Of a stretch of 50,993 bases of DNA, positions 38,504 through 46,100 are shown one piece after another. The stretch is from Pseudomonadota bacterium (GTDB lineage Bacteria; Bdellovibrionota_B; Oligoflexia; Oligoflexales; CAIMVM01), in assembly GCA_037142195.1 (NCBI GenBank), contig JBAXBA010000017.1:1-50993 (forward strand), in the 5' to 3' direction. Within the stretch, counting starts at the first letter, position 1; each line of letters starts with the position of its first letter. The notes below the pieces were generated by a model that was not told the DNA's origin, did no database searches, and worked only from the letters and a program-made list of their open reading frames with translations. Both the position numbers and the translations under genes were made by a program.

Positions 38504-40315
38504 CTAAACTATCTTTGTTTCCTGAGCCGAGTCTGCCTCGATTAGAATTTGATCTGAAAGCTCTGCAAAAGTTCCCACACTCTCTAGTCGAGACTCTTTA
38601 AACAATAGTATTTGATCTGCAAATGTAAGCATGGACTTGCGGTGAGCAATCATAATGACAATCGTTCCAGGCTTAGCCAATTTTCGAATCCCCTCGATAA
38701 TGATGCGCTCGGAGTCAGGGTCTAAGGCAGAAGTACCTTCATCAATTAAAATCACATCATAGGTCTGACAAAAAAGCCTAGCCAAAAGAAGTCTCTGGGA
38801 CTGACCTCCTGAAAGTTTTTTAGAGCCATAATCAAAGACATGCTGAATACCACCCTCTAACTGGTCGACAAGATCTCTAAGGCTCACAGTTTCCAAAGCG
38901 TATTCCATGGCCTGATGGCTCACGCCTTCGAGGGGCCATGCTAAATTCTGAGCAACTGTTCCTGCAAAAATCGCTACACTTTGTGGCATATAGCCAATTT
39001 TTGGAACGCCTTTCCCCGAATAGAAGACGCGACCAGAAGTTGGTTTTAAAAGGCCCAAAAGAAGTTTTAGGCAGGTAGACTTCCCAGCCCCAGAAGCACC
39101 TGCTAGAGCATAGACCTTACCTGATTCAAATCGAAAGGAAATGTCACTTAAGACAAGCTTTGAGGAACCTTCATAAGAATAACTAAGGTTCTCTAAAGAT
39201 AATCCTACATGATCAGATTCTTGTGTTGGCAGAGATATTTTCTCTAAATCTTGGTACTCCTTAGAAACATCTTTCCACTTTTGAATTCTGCCTATGGCAG
39301 CATAGGACTCTCGATTGATGTTGTAATATTTTCCCAGTTTTGAAAATGACTGAGAAAGTAGCGCTAAAGATCCGAAAAAAGATATGAAGATAGATCCAGA
39401 AATTTGTCCTTGCTCAATAGATTTAAAACCAAGTATGAGTAATACTACCATCGCTAAAACAGCTATGGCTTCTAGCATGGGCGAAGTTCTGGCTTTAACC
39501 CGAGCGACACGTTTAAATGAGGCCAAAAGATTTTCTACTTTTGAGCCTACGATTTTCGCTTCTAATTCCTCTGTCTTGTAATGCTTGATAGTTTCTAAGC
39601 CCAACAGTCGATCTAAAATAAACTCTCCCAACTCAGAAAATTCATTTAAAGCTTTTCCAGCTCGTCTATGAATTTTTTTACCAAGCTGCCTTAAAATGAG
39701 CACCGAAGGTGCGACTCCTACAAAACAGACCAAAAACAGGTAGGGTGATAAAAGATACAGACTGGCCACTCCTGCCACCACTTGAAACGCCTCCCGAGGA
39801 CCTGCACCATAGAAATGAACAATGAAATCTCTGAACATGCGGGTGTCATTGGCGAGTGTGGAGCCTAAACAAGACTCCAACTCCATAACTTCTTTTTTAT
39901 ATCGGGCACGAACAGATAAGCTAGAAAAGCTTTTGATGATATCAAATCGAAGCTGCCTTGCTACTTTTTCGCTAAGGGATTCCCAAAGGTACCACTGCCC
40001 AAATGCCGTGACTGCTTTGAAGAAGGATAGACCGACCAATATAAGCGGAAGACTTGTGAGGAGTTCGCGAGGACCAATGGCCTCGTGCCCCGAAAGATAT
40101 TCAAGACAGCTGCCAAACCACGGGCCAAGCATTTCCCTAAACGACGTCTCGGTTTGGGAATGGATATCCATGAGCGCTTTAAAAGCAGGCCCAATGGCTG
40201 CACCTACAGCTGCCGACAAAATACCCAATACGAGAGATAGAAGCGTACCTATCCCTACTTGAAACCAATAGGGCCGAAGGTACTCTCTTACAAGGGCTTT
40301 ACTGGTTTGTTTCAA
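38504..40315 (-). CDS. ABC exporter, fused permease/ATPase (MsbA-like)
   Basis: TMD plus GASGAGKST, LSGGQSQR, LIDEGTSALD, IAHR; likely TTG start at 40315 after GGAG. Confidence 0.9.
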   Translation of the reverse strand: MKQTSKALVREYLRPYWFQVGIGTLLSLVLGILSAAVGAAIGPAFKALMDIHSQTETSFREMLGPWFGSCLEYLSGHEAIGPRELLTSLPLILVGLSFFKAVTAFGQWYLWESLSEKVARQLRFDIIKSFSSLSVRARYKKEVMELESCLGSTLANDTRMFRDFIVHFYGAGPREAFQVVAGVASLYLLSPYLFLVCFVGVAPSVLILRQLGKKIHRRAGKALNEFSELGEFILDRLLGLETIKHYKTEELEAKIVGSKVENLLASFKRVARVKARTSPMLEAIAVLAMVVLLILGFKSIEQGQISGSIFISFFGSLALLSQSFSKLGKYYNINRESYAAIGRIQKWKDVSKEYQDLEKISLPTQESDHVGLSLENLSYSYEGSSKLVLSDISFRFESGKVYALAGASGAGKSTCLKLLLGLLKPTSGRVFYSGKGVPKIGYMPQSVAIFAGTVAQNLAWPLEGVSHQAMEYALETVSLRDLVDQLEGGIQHVFDYGSKKLSGGQSQRLLLARLFCQTYDVILIDEGTSALDPDSERIIIEGIRKLAKPGTIVIMIAHRKSMLTFADQILLFKESRLESVGTFAELSDQILIEADSAQETKIV

Positions 40316-40325
40316 AGACCTCTCC

Positions 40326-40355
40326 AAAAAAAAACACCCGGGCATTCTCCGGGTG
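40326..40355 (-). terminator. intrinsic terminator after clpP
   Basis: CACCCGG-agaatgc-CCGGGTG followed by T9 on the minus strand. Confidence 0.85.
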
Positions 40356-40375
40356 AATCACAAACTTTGCAAGGT

Positions 40376-40981
40376 CTAGATGCCTAAATCTTGTGTTGAT
40401 TTTACTACTTTTCCAATCAATCCGTACTTAGCTGCTTCTTCTGGAGTCATCCAGTAGTCTCTAAGAGTATCCTTCTCCACTCGTTCTAGAGGCTGCCCAC
40501 ATTCTTCGGCTAACAATTGATTGATTTTCTCGCGGGTTTTTAAAATCTGAGCTGCCTGAATTTCAAGATCCGACGCTTGTCCGTAGATTTGACCCATGAT
40601 TAAAGGTTGATGAATTAAAAACCGGCTATTCGGCATACTAAAACGGCGCTCTTTTTTAACCGCAACATTGATAACCGTAGCAATAGAAGCACAAAGCCCT
40701 GCACTGATGATATAGACGGGAGACTTAATAAATCGAATGGTATCAAAAATTGCGAATCCGGAATTCACTTCGCCACCTGGACTATTTAGAAAAATCTTGA
40801 TCGGCGTCTGTCCTACAGAATCGAGTATAAGAAGGTCTGTAACGACACGTCGTGCCGTATCAGAATTCACACCTTCAGAAATAAATAGGCTTCTTGATTC
40901 AAGAAGTTTTTGCTCGCGAGAGAACTCAGCAATCAATCCGCCAAACGAAGGGGCAGCATTTTTCATCTCATTAGTATTCAT
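40376..40981 (-). CDS. clpP: ATP-dependent Clp protease proteolytic subunit
   Basis: LNSPGG, GFAIFDT, GLCASIA (Ser), LIHQP (His), RDYWM (Asp). Confidence 0.95.
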   Translation of the reverse strand: MNTNEMKNAAPSFGGLIAEFSREQKLLESRSLFISEGVNSDTARRVVTDLLILDSVGQTPIKIFLNSPGGEVNSGFAIFDTIRFIKSPVYIISAGLCASIATVINVAVKKERRFSMPNSRFLIHQPLIMGQIYGQASDLEIQAAQILKTREKINQLLAEECGQPLERVEKDTLRDYWMTPEEAAKYGLIGKVVKSTQDLGI

Positions 40982-41245
40982 TGGGGGAATTCCTTTAATT
41001 TAAATCAAATATAAGTGTAATGGGTGAATGTCATTTTGCAAAGACTTTACAAAAAATGGGTTTCAATATTCCAAACTATGCTCAAATAATAGGCTACCTC
41101 GAAGTAGGCCTTCGCTAGGGACTTTACCTATTGACTCCATGAGTCCTCCCCAAACTCAGGCTTACCTAGGGCTTAAAAGGACTCCTTCGAACTTAAGCGA
41201 GGCTCCTCAAATTCTAAGCTTGATCTAAAAAAGTAACTTAGCCTC

Positions 41246-41806
41246 TCAATTTCTGGAGCTCAATGGATTACCGCATTGAACGAGGACTCCATTGACGGAT
41301 TCTTGTTTGCCGTTAATTATGATCGGACTATTCCCATTTTTGTAAGTGAGAAGTCCCGTAATTACCTCTTCAACATCGGCGTTTTTACTGACATTGATTC
41401 GCTGTAAAACCAACGACTCTCTGCTCTTTTCTTGGAATGATTCAAAAATGGTGACGCTTTTATTGCCGCCCTTCAGATCCATTTTTACATCTAGGATTCC
41501 TAGTCTTCTTACAAACCACCCATGCGCCTCATCTTTGATGGTGCCTTCATTTTCTTTGGATGTGGCAAAAATCTCTGACTTAAGAAGTTTCTCATCTTTA
41601 CCAATAGTAAATTCTACCTTTAACTTCAAAATTTCCTGGGGATGGGAATAACAATTGAGAACTCCGGATTCATCTAAAAAGCCCTTAATTTCTATCTTAT
41701 CATCCGAGGAATCCTTTAACACATCAGAGTCCTCTAAGTTGCGGTTCTTGGCGCAAGATTGAAGGATAAAGAAAACTCCTGAAGCAAATAACGCGATTTT
41801 TTTCAT
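41246..41806 (-). CDS. hypothetical lipoprotein
   Basis: MKK plus hydrophobic core plus LQSC lipobox; GGAG RBS. Confidence 0.75.
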   Translation of the reverse strand: MKKIALFASGVFFILQSCAKNRNLEDSDVLKDSSDDKIEIKGFLDESGVLNCYSHPQEILKLKVEFTIGKDEKLLKSEIFATSKENEGTIKDEAHGWFVRRLGILDVKMDLKGGNKSVTIFESFQEKSRESLVLQRINVSKNADVEEVITGLLTYKNGNSPIIINGKQESVNGVLVQCGNPLSSRN

Positions 41807-41835
41807 TTTAGCTCCGATTAAAATATACGCAAAGA

Positions 41836-41864
41836 ATTATAACGCTATTTCTTTAATTCTTCAA
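41836..41864 (-). promoter_or_regulatory. sigma70 promoter of the lipoprotein gene
   Basis: TTGAAG-17-TATAAT, overlapped by the inverted repeat AAGAATTA/TAATTCTT. Confidence 0.65.
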
Positions 41865-42081
41865 AAAAAACAGTGAGAATCTAAATTTGCGAATTGCCCA
41901 CCTCACAGATCAAACTTCTGCTACCGAACGACATGGAAATCAGCACTTACAATGCCGCCAAAAAACAGTCTCAAATCCATTAGAGCCGGTTAGGGCAACA
42001 TACTAAAATGTAAAGCTTTTAAACCCGTCCGTGCTCTCTGCGGATAGGATGGCGGGAAAAATGAGCCTTAGAACTAGGCTA

Positions 42082-44340
42082 CTAAAGCAACGACACAGGA
42101 TCTACATCGACTTTTAGCCTGAGGTCTCCTTTGAGGACAGAAAAATCTTCAAGAAAAAGACGTGCCGCTCGATTTAGAGATGTCACGTTTACTCCCACAA
42201 GTACCATTGCCATTCTGTGTCGTCCCCTTACCATTTCAATAGCTGGAGCTGTAGGACCGAGAAACTTCAAATCCTTGAAATGAGCTTCACCCTGATCCAG
42301 CCATTTTTCAACGGACTTAGTCATTTGATCTAGTTCAGGGCTTTGAGTACTGCTCCATTCTAGGGCGATCATTCTTGTATAGGGGGGATACTGAAATGCT
42401 TTCCTATAGACTAATTCTGCTGCCACAAATCCAGGAAAATCGTGACTAAGACCGGCATGCAAAATAGGGCTAGTTCCTTTAGTCGACTGTACCAACACTC
42501 TGCCAGGTAATTCGTGACGCCCAGCGCGACCCGCCGCTTGGACTAGCAATTGAAAAGTTCTTTCTCCCGCTCTAAAATCTGGCAGATTCAAAAGTTGATC
42601 TACTTCAAGGAGCACGACCAATGTCACATTGGGAAAATCATGTCCTTTTGCAAGAATCTGTGTTCCCACAAGGATATCAAGATTTCCTTGCCGAAACTCA
42701 TTTAAAGTCTCAGATAGAACTTTGCGGTCTGAAGCAATGTCGCTATCAAGCCGACCTATTCTGGCTAACGGAAACTTTACTTTAAGAATCTCATGGGCTT
42801 TTTCACTCCCATAGCCTATGGCAACAAAGGATCCATTCGGATTTTGTTCCAAAATAGATTTCACCGTCGTTTTATAGCCGCAATAATGACAATGAAGCCT
42901 GGTCGAGCGGCCATGTAGGGTCAAGCTAATGGAACAGCTTGGACATTGAATGACCTCGCCAGATTTAAAATCTAAAATATAGTAAGCATATCCTCTTCGA
43001 TTCACCAAAACGATGGACTGCTGACCTTTGCTAAGATTTTCCGAGAGCTCTAAAAGAACTTCTTCAGAAATGGGAATTTCATCGAGGCGCTCGCTTTCTA
43101 TAGATTCAAGTCCAGAAATTTTCATGGCTTTTGTAAGTGTCGATGCTACTTTAATAAGCTTCACTTCAGGCAAAGGTTTTCCACTCACACGCTCTTCTAG
43201 ACGGCACAATGCAAATTTTCCGGAAAGAGCATTTTGCCAAGACTCCATAGAAGGAGTTGCTGATCCCAAAAGTATGGGGATCCCCTCTTGTTTCGCTCGA
43301 ACGATAGCTGTATCGCGACCTTGGTAACAGAGCCCGACGGTTTGTTTATAGCTGGAGTCATGTTCTTCATCGACGATGATGAAACCAAGGTCCGCAAAAT
43401 TGGCAAAAACAGCGGAGCGAGGACCAATAAGAATGCGGCATTCCCCCTGTCTTATTCGATCCAACTCTGCCCAACGCGCCGCGTCGCTAAGCGCTGAATG
43501 AACAACGGCTACCTGGCCGGGAAATCGCTTTTCAAATACCATCGTCATCTGGGGAGTCAGTGCGATTTCAGGGACCATGACTAAAACTTGCCCAGAACGC
43601 ACTGCGATAAGCTGCAAATAAATTTCCGTCTTACCTGCCCCCGTTACACCAAATAAAAGTGTCGGACGTAAATCCTTTTGCTCCCATTGAGCGGAAATGT
43701 CTTGTTTCACCTCCGCTTGTCGCCTGCTCAAGGTTTTTGCTCCTTCGGCTCCACTAATGACTGTTTCCTCTGCATGTGGGGCCCGAGCCTTACTTGCTCG
43801 CGTCTTTACTTGATTTTGAGAGGTAACTTCGATCCAGCCTAGTTTTTGCCACTTAGCAAAAAGCTCTTGAGACTCTATGAGTCCAAGTTTTTTCTTAAAA
43901 AGTTCTAAGGTGTACGAGTTCCTGGTCTTAAAAATCTGGGCAAGGCCCGATTCACCCACGAAGGCTAAGGTACTTTCTAAAAAGGATTCTCGACCTTTAG
44001 GGGTTATGCTCACATATTGCTTTTTAGAGTGATTCTGACTTGCAGGTAACATGGCTTTAAGGACTTCGCCGATGGGATGGACATAATAATGGGCTAGCCA
44101 GTGGGCTAGGCTTAGTTGCTCGCAAGAGTATATGGCTTCCCCATCAAGTACCTCCTTGACAGATTTGATAGGAACCCCCTGGACTGGAACGGTCTTGCCT
44201 AAAATAACACCAACTTCAGTTCCCTGACCAAACGGCACTTTTACCCTAACCCCCGGTAAAAGCTCATGATTTGACTTGTATGTAAATACTTTCATCAGGG
44301 GACGAGGAATCGCAACTTCGACAAAATGGACATCTTCCAT
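42082..44340 (-). CDS. priA: replication restart helicase PriA
   Basis: GVTGAGKTEIY, VPEIALTPQ, DEEHD, GSATPS, NRRGY, GTQILAKGHDF, QAAGRAGR, VDVDP; GAGGAG before ATG 44340. Confidence 0.96.
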   Translation of the reverse strand: MEDVHFVEVAIPRPLMKVFTYKSNHELLPGVRVKVPFGQGTEVGVILGKTVPVQGVPIKSVKEVLDGEAIYSCEQLSLAHWLAHYYVHPIGEVLKAMLPASQNHSKKQYVSITPKGRESFLESTLAFVGESGLAQIFKTRNSYTLELFKKKLGLIESQELFAKWQKLGWIEVTSQNQVKTRASKARAPHAEETVISGAEGAKTLSRRQAEVKQDISAQWEQKDLRPTLLFGVTGAGKTEIYLQLIAVRSGQVLVMVPEIALTPQMTMVFEKRFPGQVAVVHSALSDAARWAELDRIRQGECRILIGPRSAVFANFADLGFIIVDEEHDSSYKQTVGLCYQGRDTAIVRAKQEGIPILLGSATPSMESWQNALSGKFALCRLEERVSGKPLPEVKLIKVASTLTKAMKISGLESIESERLDEIPISEEVLLELSENLSKGQQSIVLVNRRGYAYYILDFKSGEVIQCPSCSISLTLHGRSTRLHCHYCGYKTTVKSILEQNPNGSFVAIGYGSEKAHEILKVKFPLARIGRLDSDIASDRKVLSETLNEFRQGNLDILVGTQILAKGHDFPNVTLVVLLEVDQLLNLPDFRAGERTFQLLVQAAGRAGRHELPGRVLVQSTKGTSPILHAGLSHDFPGFVAAELVYRKAFQYPPYTRMIALEWSSTQSPELDQMTKSVEKWLDQGEAHFKDLKFLGPTAPAIEMVRGRHRMAMVLVGVNVTSLNRAARLFLEDFSVLKGDLRLKVDVDPVSLL

Positions 44341-44475
44341 TGTGGATGGCTCCTCAAACATGAATCTCAATGGTATAGCCACCCTAGATACCAGAGTTTC
44401 AACCATCAGTTAACCGGTTTTACCGGCCTTGACTCGGCGGGTTTAACTTTCCTTGCCAATGTGCTCTTATTCATC

Positions 44476-44504
44476 TTGCATTGGTCTTTGGAATAAGTTA
44501 GTGT
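44476..44504 (+). promoter_or_regulatory. candidate sigma70 promoter of the r-protein operon
   Basis: TTGCAT-17-TAGTGT, about 190 nt upstream of rpsR. Confidence 0.5.
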
Positions 44505-44693
44505 CCGCAACTCTGAGTGGGGAAGCGTCTCCCTTAACAGTATTAAAGCAGGTACTCGGTAGCTTGCTTTAAAATACTCGTAAAAGGAAAAGCTTGCAGA
44601 AAATTTGCGTCCGAAGCGCTAGCTGCAAACCTATCACTCGTTTATTAGTAATCTACCACTTGCATTTAACAAAAAGTGGTTGTCGGAGGCATC

Positions 44694-45074
44694 GTGACTA
44701 TAGTTACAAGAAAAAAGAAGCGCCGTCGGTTGTTGATGCGCCGCAAGCGTACTCTCGATCCTAATATCGTTATTGACTACAAAAAAGCGGATGTCATAAA
44801 GAGATTTATTACAGAACGCGGCAAAATTATTCCAAGACGTGTATCTGGAGCGACTGCTGAGCAGCAACGCGCCATTACTGTGGCTGTAAAAAGAGCTCGC
44901 TTTTTAGCGCTCATACCTTACAGTCTTTCTCATGAAGTCGAGCGCGGATTCTCCGGTGAAATGACGAGCGTTGCTCAGACATTCTCCGTGGGTTCTTTAA
45001 AGTCACGCCGACCTGAAAGAGCTGCAGAAGAAGTCGTGGATGAAGCCGAAGACAGCGAAGAAATTGAAGATTAA
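44694..45074 (+). CDS. rpsR: 30S ribosomal protein bS18 with acidic C-terminal extension
   Basis: [43 protein letters not shown] before GTG 44694. Confidence 0.95.
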   Translation: MTIVTRKKKRRRLLMRRKRTLDPNIVIDYKKADVIKRFITERGKIIPRRVSGATAEQQRAITVAVKRARFLALIPYSLSHEVERGFSGEMTSVAQTFSVGSLKSRRPERAAEEVVDEAEDSEEIED

Positions 45075-45088
45075 TAAGAGGTTTGAAT

Positions 45089-45319
45089 ATGTCTCGTAGA
45101 TGTGAACTAACAGGAAAAGGTGTTCAAGTAGGAAATAGAGTTTCCCACTCCAACACTAAGACTAAGCATAGATTTCTACCTAATCTTCATCGGAAGCAAT
45201 TCTGGTCCGCAGATTTGAAGAAATTTGTAGCCTTGCGGGTAACTGCAGCTGCCATTCGTACTATAGATAAACTGGGATTAGATAATTACGCACGCCGAGT
45301 TGGCGTTAAACTTAAATAA
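45089..45319 (+). CDS. rpmB: 50S ribosomal protein bL28
   Basis: MSRRCELTGK, GNRVSHSNTKTKHRFLPNL, IRTIDKLG. Confidence 0.96.
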   Translation: MSRRCELTGKGVQVGNRVSHSNTKTKHRFLPNLHRKQFWSADLKKFVALRVTAAAIRTIDKLGLDNYARRVGVKLK

Positions 45320-45328
45320 GGAGAATTT

Positions 45329-45460
45329 ATGGGACGTGCAGATAATCGTCGTACACCAAAGTCTCTTCGCCGTAAGGCGCAGCGTAAAAAAAAGGCTCGC
45401 GTAGCAAAGAAAATTGCTGCTGGTGCTGAAAAGAAAAAGACAACAACTAAGAAGAAGTAA
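45329..45460 (+). CDS. 43-aa highly basic small protein (absent from ORF track)
   Basis: MGRADNRRTPKSLRRKAQRKKKARVAKKIAAGAEKKKTTTKKK; AAGGAG RBS; fills the rpmB-rpsT gap; CGT/GCT-rich codons like its neighbours. Confidence 0.85.
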   Translation: MGRADNRRTPKSLRRKAQRKKKARVAKKIAAGAEKKKTTTKKK

Positions 45461-45476
45461 CCGAAAGGAGTAGCTT

Positions 45477-45758
45477 GTGGCTACACATAAATCCGCAGTA
45501 AAACGTGCTCGCCAAGCTGTAGGCCGTCGCTCTCGTAACCGTGCTTATGTCTCTAGCGTAAAATCAGCCGTTAAGTCTGTAAAAGCTGGTGCTGAAGGCG
45601 CAAAAGCCGGAAAAGTTAAGGCTGACGAACTCACCAAGATTTTCCAAGATGCACAATCTCTTATTATGAAAGCCGGCACAAAAGGCTTGATGCATAAGAA
45701 CTGTGTGGCCCGCAGGGTTAAAATGCTTGCTGGTCTGGTTAAGAACGCTACCAAGTAA
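45477..45758 (+). CDS. rpsT: 30S ribosomal protein bS20
   Basis: MATHKSAVKRARQ, RNR, KGLMHKNCVARR; AAGGAG RBS, GTG start. Confidence 0.95.
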   Translation: MATHKSAVKRARQAVGRRSRNRAYVSSVKSAVKSVKAGAEGAKAGKVKADELTKIFQDAQSLIMKAGTKGLMHKNCVARRVKMLAGLVKNATK

Positions 45759-45803
45759 TTGTCTTAGGGCAAGAACTTAGGTAATGATTTAGATTTTAAA
45801 GAC

Positions 45804-45842
45804 GATCGCCTTGTCAATTCATTTTGCCAGGCGATCTTTTTT
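45804..45842 (+). terminator. intrinsic terminator of the r-protein operon
   Basis: GATCGCCT...AGGCGATC followed by T6. Confidence 0.8.
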
Positions 45843-46100
45843 GCGTCCCCTCTTGATTCCAGCCGGCCCTTCCTTGCTTAACCCCGCCAATAGGGCCCTT
45901 TATTTCCTAGCCGGCTCCCTTACGGCTTAAAAAACATAAAACTCTTCTTGGATTCTAGCCGCAAAGATCACACTTTTGACTCTAATTAACCCCAGTGGAA
46001 AAAATAACCAGAAATTAGAAAATAATAATTGACTAGCCAGTCAACTCTTACTAAAAGCGACTCACAGGCCTTGAAGGGCAATACTTATAAGGGGAATGGC

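Noticed and set aside
41030..41240. Short recurring words (CTAGGG, TTACCTA, GACTCC) upstream of clpP
   Set aside because: Irregular spacing and only 6-7 bp identity; not an array
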